NCBI GenBank assembly: GCA_038087875.1
Contig: JAXLNO010002470.1
Span: forward strand, 1-64,000
Reading direction: 5' to 3'
Length of the DNA: 64,000 bases
From: Malacoraja senta
Taxonomy: Eukaryota
The notes under the pieces were generated by a model. The model was not told where the DNA came from and made no database searches. It saw nothing but the letters and a program-made list of their open reading frames with translations. This document shows positions 24,420-36,697 of this stretch, piece after piece. Each line of letters opens with the position of its first letter. Position 1 is the stretch's first letter. Position numbers and translations under genes: made by a program.

Positions 24420-24700
24420 NNNNNNNNNNNNNNNNNNNNNNNNNNNNNNNNNNNNNNNNNNNNNNNNNNNNNNNNNNNNNNNNNNNNNNNNNNNNNNNNN
24501 NNNNNNNNNNNNNNNNNNNNNNNNNNNNNNNNNNNNNNNNNNNNNNNNNNNNNNNNNNNNNNNNNNNNNNNNNNNNNNNNNNNNNNNNNNNNNNNNNNNN
24601 NNNNNNNNNNNNNNNNNNNNNNNNNNNNNNNNNNNNNNNNNNNNNNNNNNNNNNNNNNNNNNNNNNNNNNNNNNNNNNNNNNNNNNNNNNNNNNNNNNNN
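24420..24700. other. assembly gap (281 N), homologous to the 59025-59261 gap
   Basis: Flanks are the exact reverse complement of those of the right-arm gap. Confidence 1.
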
Positions 24701-25123
24701 CTCTTTCTCGTTTTTCATATTGTTTACCATGTACTATGTTTACATATTCCATTGTGCTGCAGCGAGTAAGAATTTCATTGTACTATCTGGGACATATGAC
24801 AATAAAACACTCTTGACTCTCTTCAATCTGTACAGACCCATAAGAGTGTTGCAGTTGATTTTGAATGGTCCTAATCACAATGTAATTCTAATCGCCCAAA
24901 TCGCCCTTCATACATTAGTCCTCCCATCCCTGAAATCTGATGAACCTTCACAGCACTCCCTCCATAACAAGAACATTCTTCCTAAGATCAGGAGACTAAA
25001 ACTGCAGATGCCATGGTCTTGGCAAGCACATTTCTCAGAATAACATGATGTATCTTTAGAAAGGGATAAGGAGGAATCTCAAGAGTCAGAGTGTGGTGAA
25101 TCACATATTAAGTTCTTGGAGCT

Positions 25124-25645
25124 GAACTGAACTGAACTGAACTTTATTTATAGAGCACTTTAAAAACAACCACTGTTGCAACAAAGTGCTGTACATGACT
25201 AATCATAAACATAAAACAAAACAATAAAAACATTAAAAGACAGTAAAAACAATAAAAAACAATAGAAACACTAAAACAGGAGCAAAGTCTCATGCGGGGT
25301 CAAAAGCCAAGGAATAGAAAAGGGTTTTAAGACAAGTTTTGAAAATGGACAGTGAAGGGGCCTGTCTAATGTGCAAAGGTAGAGTGTTCCATAATGTTGG
25401 AGCAGCAACAGAGAAGGCTCTATCCCCTCTGAGCTTCCGCTTAGACTTCGGTCCCTCCAGGAGCAGCTGATCAGCTGACCTGAGGCACCGAGCAGGAGCG
25501 TAGGGATGAAGTAGCTCAGAGAGGTAAGGCGGGGCGAGACCATTTAAAGAATTAAAAACAAATAAAATAATCTTTAAATGAACTCTAAAGTACACAGGCA
25601 GCCAGTGGAGGGAAGCCAGAATAGGCGTTATGTGCTCCCTCTTAC
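25124..25645 (-). mobile_element. 5'-truncated L2 LINE (522 bp), left arm only, 5-bp duplication GAGCT
   Basis: LAPPYLSELLHPY...LRSADQLLL...GDRAFSVAAPTLWN motif and a (CAGTT)n tail. GAGCT occurs at 25119-25123 and 25646-25650, with a single GAGCT at the empty site near 58603-58607. Confidence 0.9.
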
Positions 25646-27089
25646 GAGCTCTGGAAAATTATCAATCTTTGAATGGAAGAATGGATAGGGAGGCTGCTCA
25701 CTTTGCTGGAGGGTTTGAGAGCGGACAAGGAATTCTATGCAACGTGCGTTTGGAATTTCAAGTGTATGGCATGTAGATGTTGTGTAGTTGGGTCCATTAT
25801 ACCCTTAATGCACTGGAAAAGGTAAACGGGTTTTCACCTAAGATTACATTTTCTGCTGACAGCACTTTATGGTAAGCAAGTAGGCTGGCTTTGAGAAACA
25901 ATTAGATGATTGAGGGCTCACTTAGAATAACTGGGAAATTATGGAGCAGCCTACATGGATATTTAGTGTAGCTAAAGGATAAGTTAAATCTTTCTTTTCT
26001 CCGAGACATGCAAGAATAGCTCGGTGCTTGATTTAATGCAGAACCTTTGAAGGACAGTGGCTGGGCCCGCAAGATCTCTATACCAGCCATCATAAATAGG
26101 AGTCTCCAATGGGCAGAAGACTGTGAGACTTGATGGTATTTGCCACGGCTTCTATCATTTAACACATTGAGCTGAAAGCCATGAGATTCGTTGCTTTTTT
26201 AATGCTTTGTCTTGTAATTTTGATGTAATAAAGATAGTCATTTGTACCCCTGCAATTTTCTTTCTCCGTTCATTGATCCGAATCCTATTTATGTTTCATT
26301 ACAAAGAGAGAATTGGATAAACTAATTGTGAGCAAAAACATGCAAAACTACAGTCGAAGGGCTGGGGTTGAACAAGTGATTTTCTCCAGTAGAGAGGTGG
26401 CATTGGCCTGATAGGATGAATGGTCCCCATCAGCACAGTAAACATTTAAATGATCCATTGATTTGTATTTATCATCGTATATCAAATAACCTTAGGGATA
26501 CGGGAGAAATATTTTGGCCTGGTTATATGGTGCAAAATAACCCACCCCAGAACAATAAATAGTTGTGAATTTACACTTAATATTACCTGTCACTGAAGCA
26601 GAGTGCAGAGGTTCTCAAATTCATTTAAGAAATTGTATTAAGGCGACTGTATAGAAAATGGTGGGTATTGCTTGGCTGCAAGATGGGAGTAGTATTGTTG
26701 TGGTAGTGATGAGGTGTTTTGATGGCAGTGATCATAATTTAGCATGATTAAAGTAGAAATGTACACTAGGAACGCAGGTTTGCAGCTGAGGTGAAAACAT
26801 TTCCAAGAATGCAACATAATTTAACAGAAATGTAATACAAAATGTAATAAAATAGGGCAAATGAATGGTAACAGTTAACAGATCTCTGGGGATACTAGAA
26901 ACTGCAGATGTTGGTTCGTTGAGCAAAACTGTTGGAGGAACACAGTGGGTCAGGCAACATCTGTGGGATGGAATGAACCAACGACATTTCAGGCTGGAAC
27001 TCTTGTTCAGACTGGTGACTTCAAAACTTGTCAGTCGATTCCCACCACAGATGCTGCCTGACACACTGAATTCTTCATGCACTTTGTTT

Positions 27090-27935
27090 TTAACACACCA
27101 GCTGGAAAGAGTCCAGAGTAGATTTACAAGGAGACTTGATAGTGGCATTTGAAGCCTTTAGAAAGGCATAGATATGCAATGAAAGGAGGGATATGGAACA
27201 TGTGTTGGTGGAGGAGATTAGTTCAACTTGGCATCACGTTCGGAACAGAAGGTGTGGGCCCAAGGGTCTGTTCCTATGCTGAACTGTTCTGCAAGTCAGT
27301 GAGTGTATGTTCAGGGAGGGTGAGGTTGAGAAGGCTCTGATTTCATTCCTTAGAGTGCAGGAGGATGGGGTGATCTGAAAGAGGTTTACAAAATTATGAG
27401 ATCAATCAATCAGGTAAATGCGCATGAGTTTTTCGCCCACAATAGGGGACTCGAGAACCAGAGAGTATAGGTTTACGGTGAGAGGGGGTGAGTGGGGAGA
27501 TTTAATAGGAACCTGGGAGGTAACATTTTTACACAAAGAGTGGTGGGTATATGGAACGAGCTGCCAGAGAAGGAGGTTGAGACAGGTACTATCATAACAA
27601 TAAACAAACAATGGACAGGTACATGCATAGGATAGGTTTAGAGGGTTATGAGCCAAGCATGGGGAGTTGGGACTGATGCAGATGGGGCATGCTGTGCCGA
27701 AAAGCCCGTTTCAACGCAGTGTAATTTGATATCTCAATCCCACTTTGGCACCTTACACATCTTACTAGGGGCAATTTACAGGGGGCAATTAACCTATAAA
27801 CCTGCACGAGTTTGGAATGTGGTTGGAGACCAGCGCCCGGATAAAATCCATGTACGACGCTCACACAGACAGCATCTGTAGTCGGGATCAAACCCGGGTC
27901 TCTGACGCTGCGAGGCATCCGTTCGACTGCTGCTA
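27090..27935. mobile_element. CR1 3' fragment (+, ~27090-27660) and V-SINE (-, ~27660-27935)
   Basis: LERVQSRFTR and FTQRVVGIWNELP CR1 motifs plus a V-SINE core. Mirrored at ~56320-57150. Confidence 0.6.
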
Positions 27936-28708
27936 ATTTTGTTTGTATTTTCTGATTTAAATCAAGGATTTTACTTCGGAGTCAAGTGAGTGACTACGTG
28001 AAGAAGACCCTGTCCAGCCGCATGCGCGTCATTACGTCAGACGCATGGTGCAGCGTGTTACGACTCCCGAATGCAGGTACTTCAGAGCCGCGTAACATAA
28101 CTCAAAAACCAGGTTCAAGTTCCAAAATAGTATTAATTATTCAATAACACAAAACCCAAACCTGATTCAAACAACCCAGTCAGGGTTATGGATGGACTAA
28201 CAAACAATTTAACGGTGCTCCAGCCAGCCACGTGATGGACCGTCGAACCGGACACTCTAAAACCTGCCTAAAAAGAAATAACCCTGAAACAAAATACCAG
28301 AAAACACTGAGATAAGCCCTTATCCGTCCCAATTCAATATTTCGTAACACGTAAGGGTGAAAGTACACAAAGTTCTATGCCAGGTGGCCAGGCCTTCCGC
28401 AGCTCACTCCAGCTGTCAGCTCACAAGTCAGGGTCGACGAAGGAGAGAGTGAATCCTGGGATGACTCTGGTATTTAAGCTTCAGATGAGTCACCCGTCAC
28501 CTGACGCAGCTTGGCCAATCGGGTACAGGAGCCTTTTAACCCTTTGATTCCAGACTCACAGCCACAAGGCCTGCACTCGGGATAGAAACAGAGAAAGGTA
28601 AGTACATATCATTCACCAGGGGAGGAAGCGCCTAACACCCCCCACCCAAAGATACTGAATAAGTTTTGGAAGAAGAGAGAAAAAACACCACCAAATCCCA
28701 GAAACTAT

Positions 28709-31700
28709 TCAGGAGCTAAAACTCCACTGGCGCGACAAGGCGTCAGCCAAGACATTATCCTTGCCACGGATATGCCTGACCTCCAAGATGTAGTCTTGCA
28801 GCTGCAAACTCCAGCTCATTAACCGCCGGTTCTTATTCTTCATACTTTTCAAAAATACCTACGGATTATGATCCGTGAGTACGATGACAGGGACATTCGA
28901 GGTGCCAACATAAACCTCGAAATGATTCAGAGACATTAAAATAGCAAGGGGTTCTTCCTCAATGGTGGAGTACCACTTCTGATGACGATTAAACTTCTTA
29001 GAGAAGTACGAAATTAGATGCTCCACCCCATCTGAATCATCCTGTAGAAGGACTCCCCCAACCCCACGATCACTAGCATCCACTGCCAGCTTAAATGGAC
29101 GATCAAAATCAGGTGCCGCAAGCACAGGTGCGCGCACCAGAAGACTTTTAGTATGATCAAAGGCTTGTTGACACTCTGCGGACCACAAAAAAGCTACCAT
29201 CGGACTCAGCAAATCCGTCAAAGGGGCAGCCACCACAGAGAAGTTTGGACAGAATCCTCTATACTACCCAACCATAGCCAGATACCTACGGAGTTTATTC
29301 CTCGAGGTTGGAGCAGGAAATGCGACAATATGCCCCACCTTTTCCTTGAGAGTGCGAACCTGACCCCGGCCCACCACCTTACACAGATACGTTACCGTGG
29401 CCTGGCCAAACTCACACTTCCCCAGATTGATCGTTAGTTTTGCCTCCGCTAGACGATGAAATACCTCCTTCAGATGACCGATGTGTTCGATCCACGACCT
29501 GGAGCACACAACCAAATCATCAAGGTATGCCTCACAGAAGGACAAACCAAACAATACAGTGTTCACCAACCGTTCGAAGGTTGCCGGTGCATTGCGCATC
29601 CCAAATGCCATTACTGTGTACTGCAGAAAGTTATCAGGCGTAACGAACGCTGAGATCTCCCTCGCCCGCCTAGTCAAAGGAACTTGCCAATACCCTTTTA
29701 ACAAATCCAACTTAGACACAAAAGATGCACTTCCCACACGATCCACGCAATCCTCCATTCGTGGGAGAGGATAGCAATCCGGCTTAGTTACACCATTCAC
29801 TTTCCGAAAGTCCGTGCAAAACCTGTCCTCCCCATTAGCCTTCGTAGCCAGTAGACACGGAGAACTCCACGGACTACAACTAGGTTCAGCAATGCCATGC
29901 CGCAGCATATAGTCAACCTGACTCCCTAGACGATGACGCTTGTCAGGGTTGACCCGATATGGATGCTGTTTAATTGGCGCAGCACCGGCCACGTCAATGT
30001 CATGCTGCAACACAGACGTCTGAGAAGGCACATCCGAGAACAGTGACCCATTTGACTCCACCAAAGCCAGCAGATCACCCCGCTGACTTTCAGTCAAATG
30101 CGACAACCGCAAGAGAAGCAACTCCAAAGCCTCAGAGTTACACAGCCTTCCCTGCGTCACTGCCTCCGACAACCGTGCCTCACCCACATCACCACCCGTG
30201 TCAGGGGCAGCACCACTGCAGCCAAAACAGGCTTAGACGAAACCGAAGGACACAGCACCTCCCCATCAACCTCCACAGGCTCCTGCTCATGGTACTGCTT
30301 CATCATGTTGACATGACAGAGCTGACTCTTTCGCCTTCGATCAGGGGTACCAATAACTTAATCCCTTTCACCAACCTTCTTAACCACCGGATAGGGGCCG
30401 CTATACCGAGCCTGTAGACTGGAACCAGGAATAGGCAACAACACCAGGACCTTGTCACCTGGAGAAAGATTCCTACTAGAAGCCTTCCTGTCGAACCACC
30501 CCTTCATCCTAGACTGAGCAGAAGCAAGATTCCCCATTGCCAGTTCGCATGCCCTCTTCAGTCTAGACCGAAAGGTACAGACGTGGTCTAAAATACTTCG
30601 TTTAGTATCCTCCTGCAACCATTTCTCCTTTAGGACCGTCAACGGACCACGTACAGTATGCACGAACACCAGGTCAGCAGGACTGAACCCTAAAGACTCC
30701 TGCACGACCTCACGCACCGCAAACATAACTAGATGAATCCCCTCATCCCAGTCTTTTTCAAACTCCAGGCAGTAAATCCTCAACATCGATTTCAAAGTCT
30801 GGTGAAACCTCTCGAGAGCTCCCTGGCTCTCAGGGTGATACGCACTGGAGTAACAATGCTTAATACCAAGCAACTTCATTACCTGACCAAAAACCTTCGA
30901 CATGAAGTTGGAACCTTGGTCACTCTGCACCACCTTGGGCAAACCGAACGACGAAAAAAACTTAGTGAGAGACTTCACAATGATAGGGGCAGTAATTCTA
31001 CGCAAAGGGACCACCTCCGGAAAGTGGGTAGACGCACACATAATTGCCAATAAAAACTTGTTGCCCACTTTTGTCCGAGGTAGAGGACCCACACAATCAA
31101 CTAAAATTCGCTCAAACGGCACACCGACCACAGGGATTGGATATAAAGGCGCAGGAACAATCGATTGGTTCGGCTTTCCTGCCACCTGGCAAATGTGACA
31201 ACACCTGCACTGCTGTTTCACGTCCTTTTGCAACCCTGGCCAAAACAAATTCCGTAAGATACGGTCATACGTCTTATTGACCCCCAAATGTCCACCCAGA
31301 GGACAATCATGAGCCAAACAGAGTATCTCGTCCCTATACTGACGAGGTATCACAATCTGATCAACCACGCTCCAATCATCATGCCCAGATATAGCCAAGG
31401 GAGACCACTTTCGCATCAGTAAGCCCTCCCTTAGAAAATACCCCCCTGCTGTGGAATCCATATCCCCCTCAGGCACCGCGCAGTCGAACAGATCAGATAA
31501 ACCTGGATCACTCTTTTGCTCCTCAACCAGCCGGCCACGTGACAGCGACACCGGCCCATTTCCAGACACTATCCCATCTTGAGATGCAGAAACACCCTTC
31601 ACAACACAGGATCCCTCATCCTGATCCCCAAAATTGCTCTCACTCAGGTCCACTACATCCCCAAACTTCGCCTGGCTCTTAGCCATAGCCCTCGTGACAG

Positions 31701-33318
31701 CACAAGCTGCGAAGACCCTCGGATGCTGCATAGCCAATCTATCAGGACTCTGCCCCATCGGAACAGCCGTCACCTCAGGAGTAACTAAAACTCTACCTCC
31801 TGCCAAGTCATTCTCCGAAATTACAGAAACTCCCCCAACGGGAAAACACGGCCGTAACCCAACAGTTACCCGGCCTGAAACCAACTCGGACTCGAGACTC
31901 ACAGTATGCAAAGGCACTACCGTGCCCTCCATCCCGAATCCTACCACAGGGACTCTTGACCCAACCGATGATTTCCCAGAAAACGGCAGTACACTATCCA
32001 ATATAAAGGACTGAGTAGCACCAGTATCACGTAAGATGGATACTGGAACTCTATCACCCGCATCCTCCAGAGAAACAATACCATTCATGATGAACGCAGA
32101 ATAATTCCTACACTCATCAGACTCAGGCACCTCAGGTACCACAGGTGCCTTCTGTTTACCCACCAAAGCCACAGGCTTTGCATTTTTCTGCTTCAGAACG
32201 GGGCACGCCTTTAACATGTGCCCTCTCCCTCTACAATAGTAGCACACAGGACCTTCGTTAGCCCTCAAATTTCCATCAACCTTATCAGCTTGGACCCCCC
32301 CCTGTATCAACGTGCTGCCACTTGCAGGCACAGAAACACCTTTGACACTGCGTCCGGCGACACCACCACGATCAACCGGCCGTGCACCAAAACTATAGGA
32401 GCGCCCAACAAAATCAGTTTTATGAGTCAATACATACTCATCTGCCAACACCGCGGCCTTAGACACCTCATTCGCCTTCTGCTCATTAAGGTAAGTAGTA
32501 ACCCTCTCAGGGAGACAGTTCTTAAAGTCTTCCATAATCATCAAGGCCCGCAGTTGCCCAATATCCTTCACTCCTTGAGAAGCGCACCACCTGTCAAAAA
32601 GTGACTCCTTCTCCCTTGCAAACTCCACATAAGTCTGACTATCAAACTTCCTAAAGCGCCGGAATTTCTGCCGGTACGCCTCTGGAACTAATTCATAAGC
32701 CCTTAATACTGTAGACTTCACACACTCATAGTCCAGACTGCTTTCAACAAACAAAGACGAGTACACCTCCCGTGCTTTACCCACAAGGACACACTGCAAT
32801 AGCAAGGTCCACACGTCCCTAGGCCACTTCAGTGATATAGCCACACGCTCAAACAAAGTGAAATATTTATCAACATCTCTTTCACTGAACGGTGGAACCA
32901 AACGAATATTTCTGCTCACATCAAACTCCCGTTCCCTAGAAGAAACCCGGGAGGCATCCAATTCCTTCTCCCGCAGCCTAATCACTGCCCTCTTGGTTTC
33001 CTCCTCAGCCCCACGCAGCTGAATCTCTGCTCTTTTGGTCTCCTCCTCTGCTTTTGCCAGCTCTAACTCCTTCAACCTAATGACTGCCTCCATGTCCTGA
33101 CCAGGCTGAACAGAATGTGTGGGACTGTCTGCACAGCCAGGCAAAACCCCACCCTCCACCAACGCAGCCCACAACACCGATTTAATGGACTGTTTCCTCG
33201 AATGTGGGTTAATAGGCATTTCATAGTTCTCAGCCAGAAAAATCAAATGCTCCTTCGTACATCTATCAAACAACTCCCGACTAGGAGCCTCAATAAAGTC
33301 CTTCCCTTTAAACTCCAT
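28709..33318 (-). pseudogene. Gmr1-like gag-pol polyprotein (left), 3 nonsense codons and 1 frameshift
   Basis: CYYCRGRGHMLKAC knuckle, LRDTGA protease, HHCC plus DDE integrase with GPY motif, then RT (YLDD) and RNase H (DAS...TDHNP). Stops at 30358, 29264 and 28859; 1-nt deletion near 30200. Confidence 0.93.
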
Positions 33319-33469
33319 ATCAAATGTAGCACCAAACCACCAGCTAAACCCTGGGCATCAATGCTACAACAAACAGGGAAGAAAAATTTCCCTCACAACA
33401 CAGACTTCCTTACTCACCAGAAGCCTTCTAAAAAAAAAAACCCAAAACGGCTAGGGTCCTCAAAACGTA

Positions 33470-33482
33470 GGACGAGCCCCCA
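33470..33482 (-). other. primer-binding site complementary to tRNA-Pro
   Basis: TGGGGGCTCGTCC, the first 13 nt of the MLV-type tRNA-Pro PBS, 3 nt from the 5' LTR. Same sequence at 51556-51568. Confidence 0.85.
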
Positions 33483-34069
33483 TTTTCTTACGACTCCCGA
33501 ATACAGGTACTTCAGAGCCGCGTAACATAATTCAAAAACCAGGTTCAAGTTCAAAAGTACTTTTAATTATTCAATGGAACACAAAACCCAAACCTGATTC
33601 AAACAACCCAGTCAGGGATATGGATGGACTGACAAACAATTTAACAGCGCTCCAGCCAGCCACGTGATGGACCGTCGAACCGGAGACTCTAAAACCTGCC
33701 TAAAGAGATATAACCATGAAACAAAATACACGAAAACACTAAGGTCAGCCCTTATCCGTCCCAATTCAATATTTCGTAATAAGTAATGGTGAAAGTACAC
33801 AATGTTCTATGCCAGGTGGCCAGGCCTTCCGCAGCTCACTCCAGCAGTCAGCTCACAAGTCAGGGTCGACGAAGAAGGGGCAGAATCCTCGGAGCCTCTG
33901 GTATTTAAGCTTCAGATGAGTCACCCGTCACCTGACGCAGCTTGGCCAATCAGGTACAGGAGCCTTTTAACCCCTTGATTCCAGACTCATAGCCACAAGG
34001 CCTGCACTCGGGAAAGAAACAGAGAAAGGTAAGTACATAGCCTTCACCAGGGGAGGGAAGCGCCTAACA

Positions 34070-34212
34070 ATCAGTACCACCACAGTGTGCCCCTCCATCA
34101 GTACCACCACAGTGTGTCACTCCATCAGTACCACCACAGTGTGTCCCTGCGTCAGTTCTGCCCCATTTTTATCCCTCCATCAGTACTATCTCACTGTGTC
34201 CCTCCATCAGTG
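34070..34212. repeat. 27-bp minisatellite (CTCCATCAGTACCACCACAGTGTGTCM)
   Basis: Units start at 34070 (truncated by the LTR), 34097, 34124 and 34151, then degenerate. Mirrored at 50828-50970. Confidence 0.85.
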
Positions 34213-35109
34213 GGCGGAGAGAGGGCAGCCCAGAGAGGGGGAATAGAGAGCGTAGGGGAGAGAGTAACAGTTCAGAAAGAGTGACAGCAGTAAGGATGGA
34301 GGGAGAGAGAAAGAGGGGAAGGAGAAGTGCTGCATCACTCGCTGTTTTATTTAGGTTGAGGACAAGTCTGAGGCGGCAATGTTTCTGTTCTCTGAGTGTC
34401 GTGAGTCTTTGGGTCGTTGCTCCACAGAGATGATGAAGGAACGCAGAGAATGGTATTGTCCCATGGTATAGTCAGATCTATTCCAGGCAAGCAGGGAGTG
34501 AATGGTTCCCGGGGTCAGTCAGCGGGAGTGTGGGGTTGAGGTCACAGTCAGTGAAGCCGCGATCATATTGAGTGGTGAAGCAGAGTGGAGGGGGGGGGCA
34601 TTTTAGTCTGAGGTGATGTGTTGAACTAATTCCTCAACCTGTGGACAAAGGTCGCCCAGTCCAGTCCACCTTCAAACTGGGCACTAGAAGCCCTGAGAGG
34701 GTCCCTGGAATTTGGCATTGCCTTGCTGAGTGAAACGGATTGAAGGAAATCAGACAAACAACATGAGGTGGAGAGTTGGATCTGATGGAGTTTGAAAGAA
34801 TATCCCCTTTGCTGGAACAATGCCGTCGCTCCCAATTGCAATTCCTCAGTATCTATCGCCACAATTCCCAGTCTTTGGAGTTTCTCAAACAATTCCCTGA
34901 ATAAATCACAACCTGTCTCAGCAGGGATTTCACTTGGCTGATGTCATCTGTTTGTGAATCATTTCTAAATCTCTATTTTAAACTCTGTTGACACTTCACT
35001 GTCCCGGTGGAGACGGAAAATGCTATAACATCTCCAGGAATGTTCTGCCCCAGCATTTCATTCCGAGACATTACCGGTAGCTCACGGGGACACGTCGCTG
35101 GGCAGAGAA

Positions 35110-35185
35110 ATGGGGGGAAAGCTGCGGGAATATTTCGACGTGGAGAAAATCCTGTACGTGATCATTGCTGCCGTTGGAGTCCCTG
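35110..35185 (+). pseudogene. GPR139-like class A GPCR, exon 1 (left copy)
   Basis: ATG...MGGKLREYFDVEKILYVIIAAVGVP(V) with a G|gtaagt donor, splicing in frame to 37522. Confidence 0.8.
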
Positions 35186-36528
35186 GTAAGTGAGCAGAAC
35201 AATTCAAGTTTTATAACTCCATCCGTGTGTTAACTGGTGTTGGCCTGATTCTCATTATGTTACAAGTTCCCAACTGATGATCGTTGTACAAGAATATGTG
35301 AAGAATATCAATCCTCTCAGTGAAATATTTGTGAATTAACGCTGTGCTTTTTCTTATTTTCAGACAGCTGAAGCTAACCCTCTTTTTCTCTCACTGCTGC
35401 CGGCCGGGAGCCACTAGAATGTTCTTCTTGCCTTCAGTGGGACCTTGCCCAGAGTTGTCCCAGTGCTCGGGACAGGCAGGCAGGCAGTTCTCCGGAACGG
35501 TGTGACTGGGAGAGAGGGGTTCATATTGTGAAGTTCACTGTGTCTGAGTTACTGATCAGAGTGAACAGTCGCTCTTGTGGACACTGTGTCTCACTGTGGA
35601 GTCTGTCTGTCACAGTCGGATTCCACCCACAGCCTGTTGGTCAATAATTGGATCGATCTCCTGAACCAGTGGCCGCGGAGCTACCGGCGTGTGTGTGTTG
35701 TTACTTCACCTGCACCATCTTGAGTCTGCTGAGATTAGCCGCTGTATGTCTAAACTAACTCGACTAACTCCCCCCTGTCTCTGTGCTTTGGTACATATAT
35801 GCCACACCGTCCTTACATGGGGATAATAGGTTGCATTCCTGGCACCGTCTGGATTTCGTGTGTGGGAAAGAGCTGCAGATGCTGGTTTAAATCGAAGATA
35901 GACACAAAGTGCTGGAGTAACTCAGCGGGACGGGCAGCATCTCTGGAGAGAAGGAATGGGTGACGTTCCGGATTCAGACCCTTCTTCAGTCCCATTTCTT
36001 CTCTCCAGAGATGCTGCCTGTCCCACTGAGTTACTCCGCTTTCTGCGTCGACCGTCTGGACCAGAAGGGGTGGACTCTCATTTGCAACAATTGGCCTCTG
36101 CTTCAGGAGGGAAGTGTGAATGGCACCTTGTGTGGGGAGGGAGAGAAAGAGGAATATCAGGGATGATTGGATATGGCGGCCATTGTAGTGCGTTCTTTCC
36201 CCAGCTTTACCTTTACTTTTGGAAAGGAGATGAGGAGCAATTTCTTTAGACAGAGGGTGGTGAATCTGTGCAATTCATTGCGGCAGACGGGGGTGGAGGT
36301 CAAGTCAATGGATAGTTTTAAGGCGGAGAGTGATAGATTCTTGATTAGTGCGGGTGTCGGGGGGTTACGGGGAGAAGGCAAGAGAATGGGGTTGAGAGGG
36401 AAAGATATATCGGCCATGATTGAATGGCGGAGTAGACATGATGGGCCGAATGGCCTACGTCTGCTCCTACGAGCTGCACTCTTGTGTAAAGTGTTTAAGA
36501 AGGAACTGCAGATGCTGGAAAATCGAAG

Positions 36529-36697
36529 GTAGACAAAAGTGCTGGAGAAACTCAGCGGGAGAGGCAGCATCAATGAAGCGAAGGAAATAGGTAACTATTT
36601 CCAGTCTGAAGAGGGGTTTCGGCCCGAAACGTTACCTGTTTCCTTCGTTCCATAGATGCTGCCTCACCCGCTGAGTTTCTCCAGCACTTTTGTCTAC
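36529..36697. repeat. Penelope-derived inverted repeat with a hammerhead-like core in the loop
   Basis: ~60-bp arms gtagacaaaagtgctggagaaactcagcggg / cccgctgagtttctccagcacttttgtctac flanking CTGAAGA-G-GGGT-TTCG-GCCC-GAAAC-GTT at 36606-36633. Confidence 0.55.

Larger units (their letters stand above)
28056..34069 (-). mobile_element. Gmr1-like Ty3/Gypsy LTR retrotransposon (left-arm copy), no TSD
   Basis: LTRs at 28056-28637 (3') and 33486-34069 (5'), a PPT next to 28637, a tRNA-Pro PBS at 33470-33482, and domain order gag-PR-IN-RT-RH. Confidence 0.95.

Noticed and set aside
25650-27090. Short ORFs conserved between arms in non-repetitive-looking DNA (e.g. 25902-26165 and 58160-58351)
   Set aside because: No recognisable domain or convincing splice signals; conservation simply reflects ~97% arm identity.
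29153-33525. Many 60-150 aa ORFs antisense to the Gypsy pol (also 52250-55151)
   Set aside because: Shadow ORFs of the retroelement frame; their recurrence in both arms is explained by the duplication.
34070-34212. CRISPR-like array or RAG recombination signals (CACAGTG heptamers)
   Set aside because: Contiguous 27-bp tandem units without unique spacers, and no ACAAAAACC nonamer at 12 or 23 bp.
34459-34711. Olf/EBF (O/E)-like sites upstream of GPCR exon 1 (TCCCATGGTA, TTCCCGGGGT, TCCCTGGAAT)
   Set aside because: All are imperfect matches to a short degenerate motif, too weak to support the chemosensory idea.
35007-35189. 60-aa ORF METENAITSPG... (mirrored at 49850-50032)
   Set aside because: Off-frame overlap of GPCR exon 1 that ends in the splice donor.
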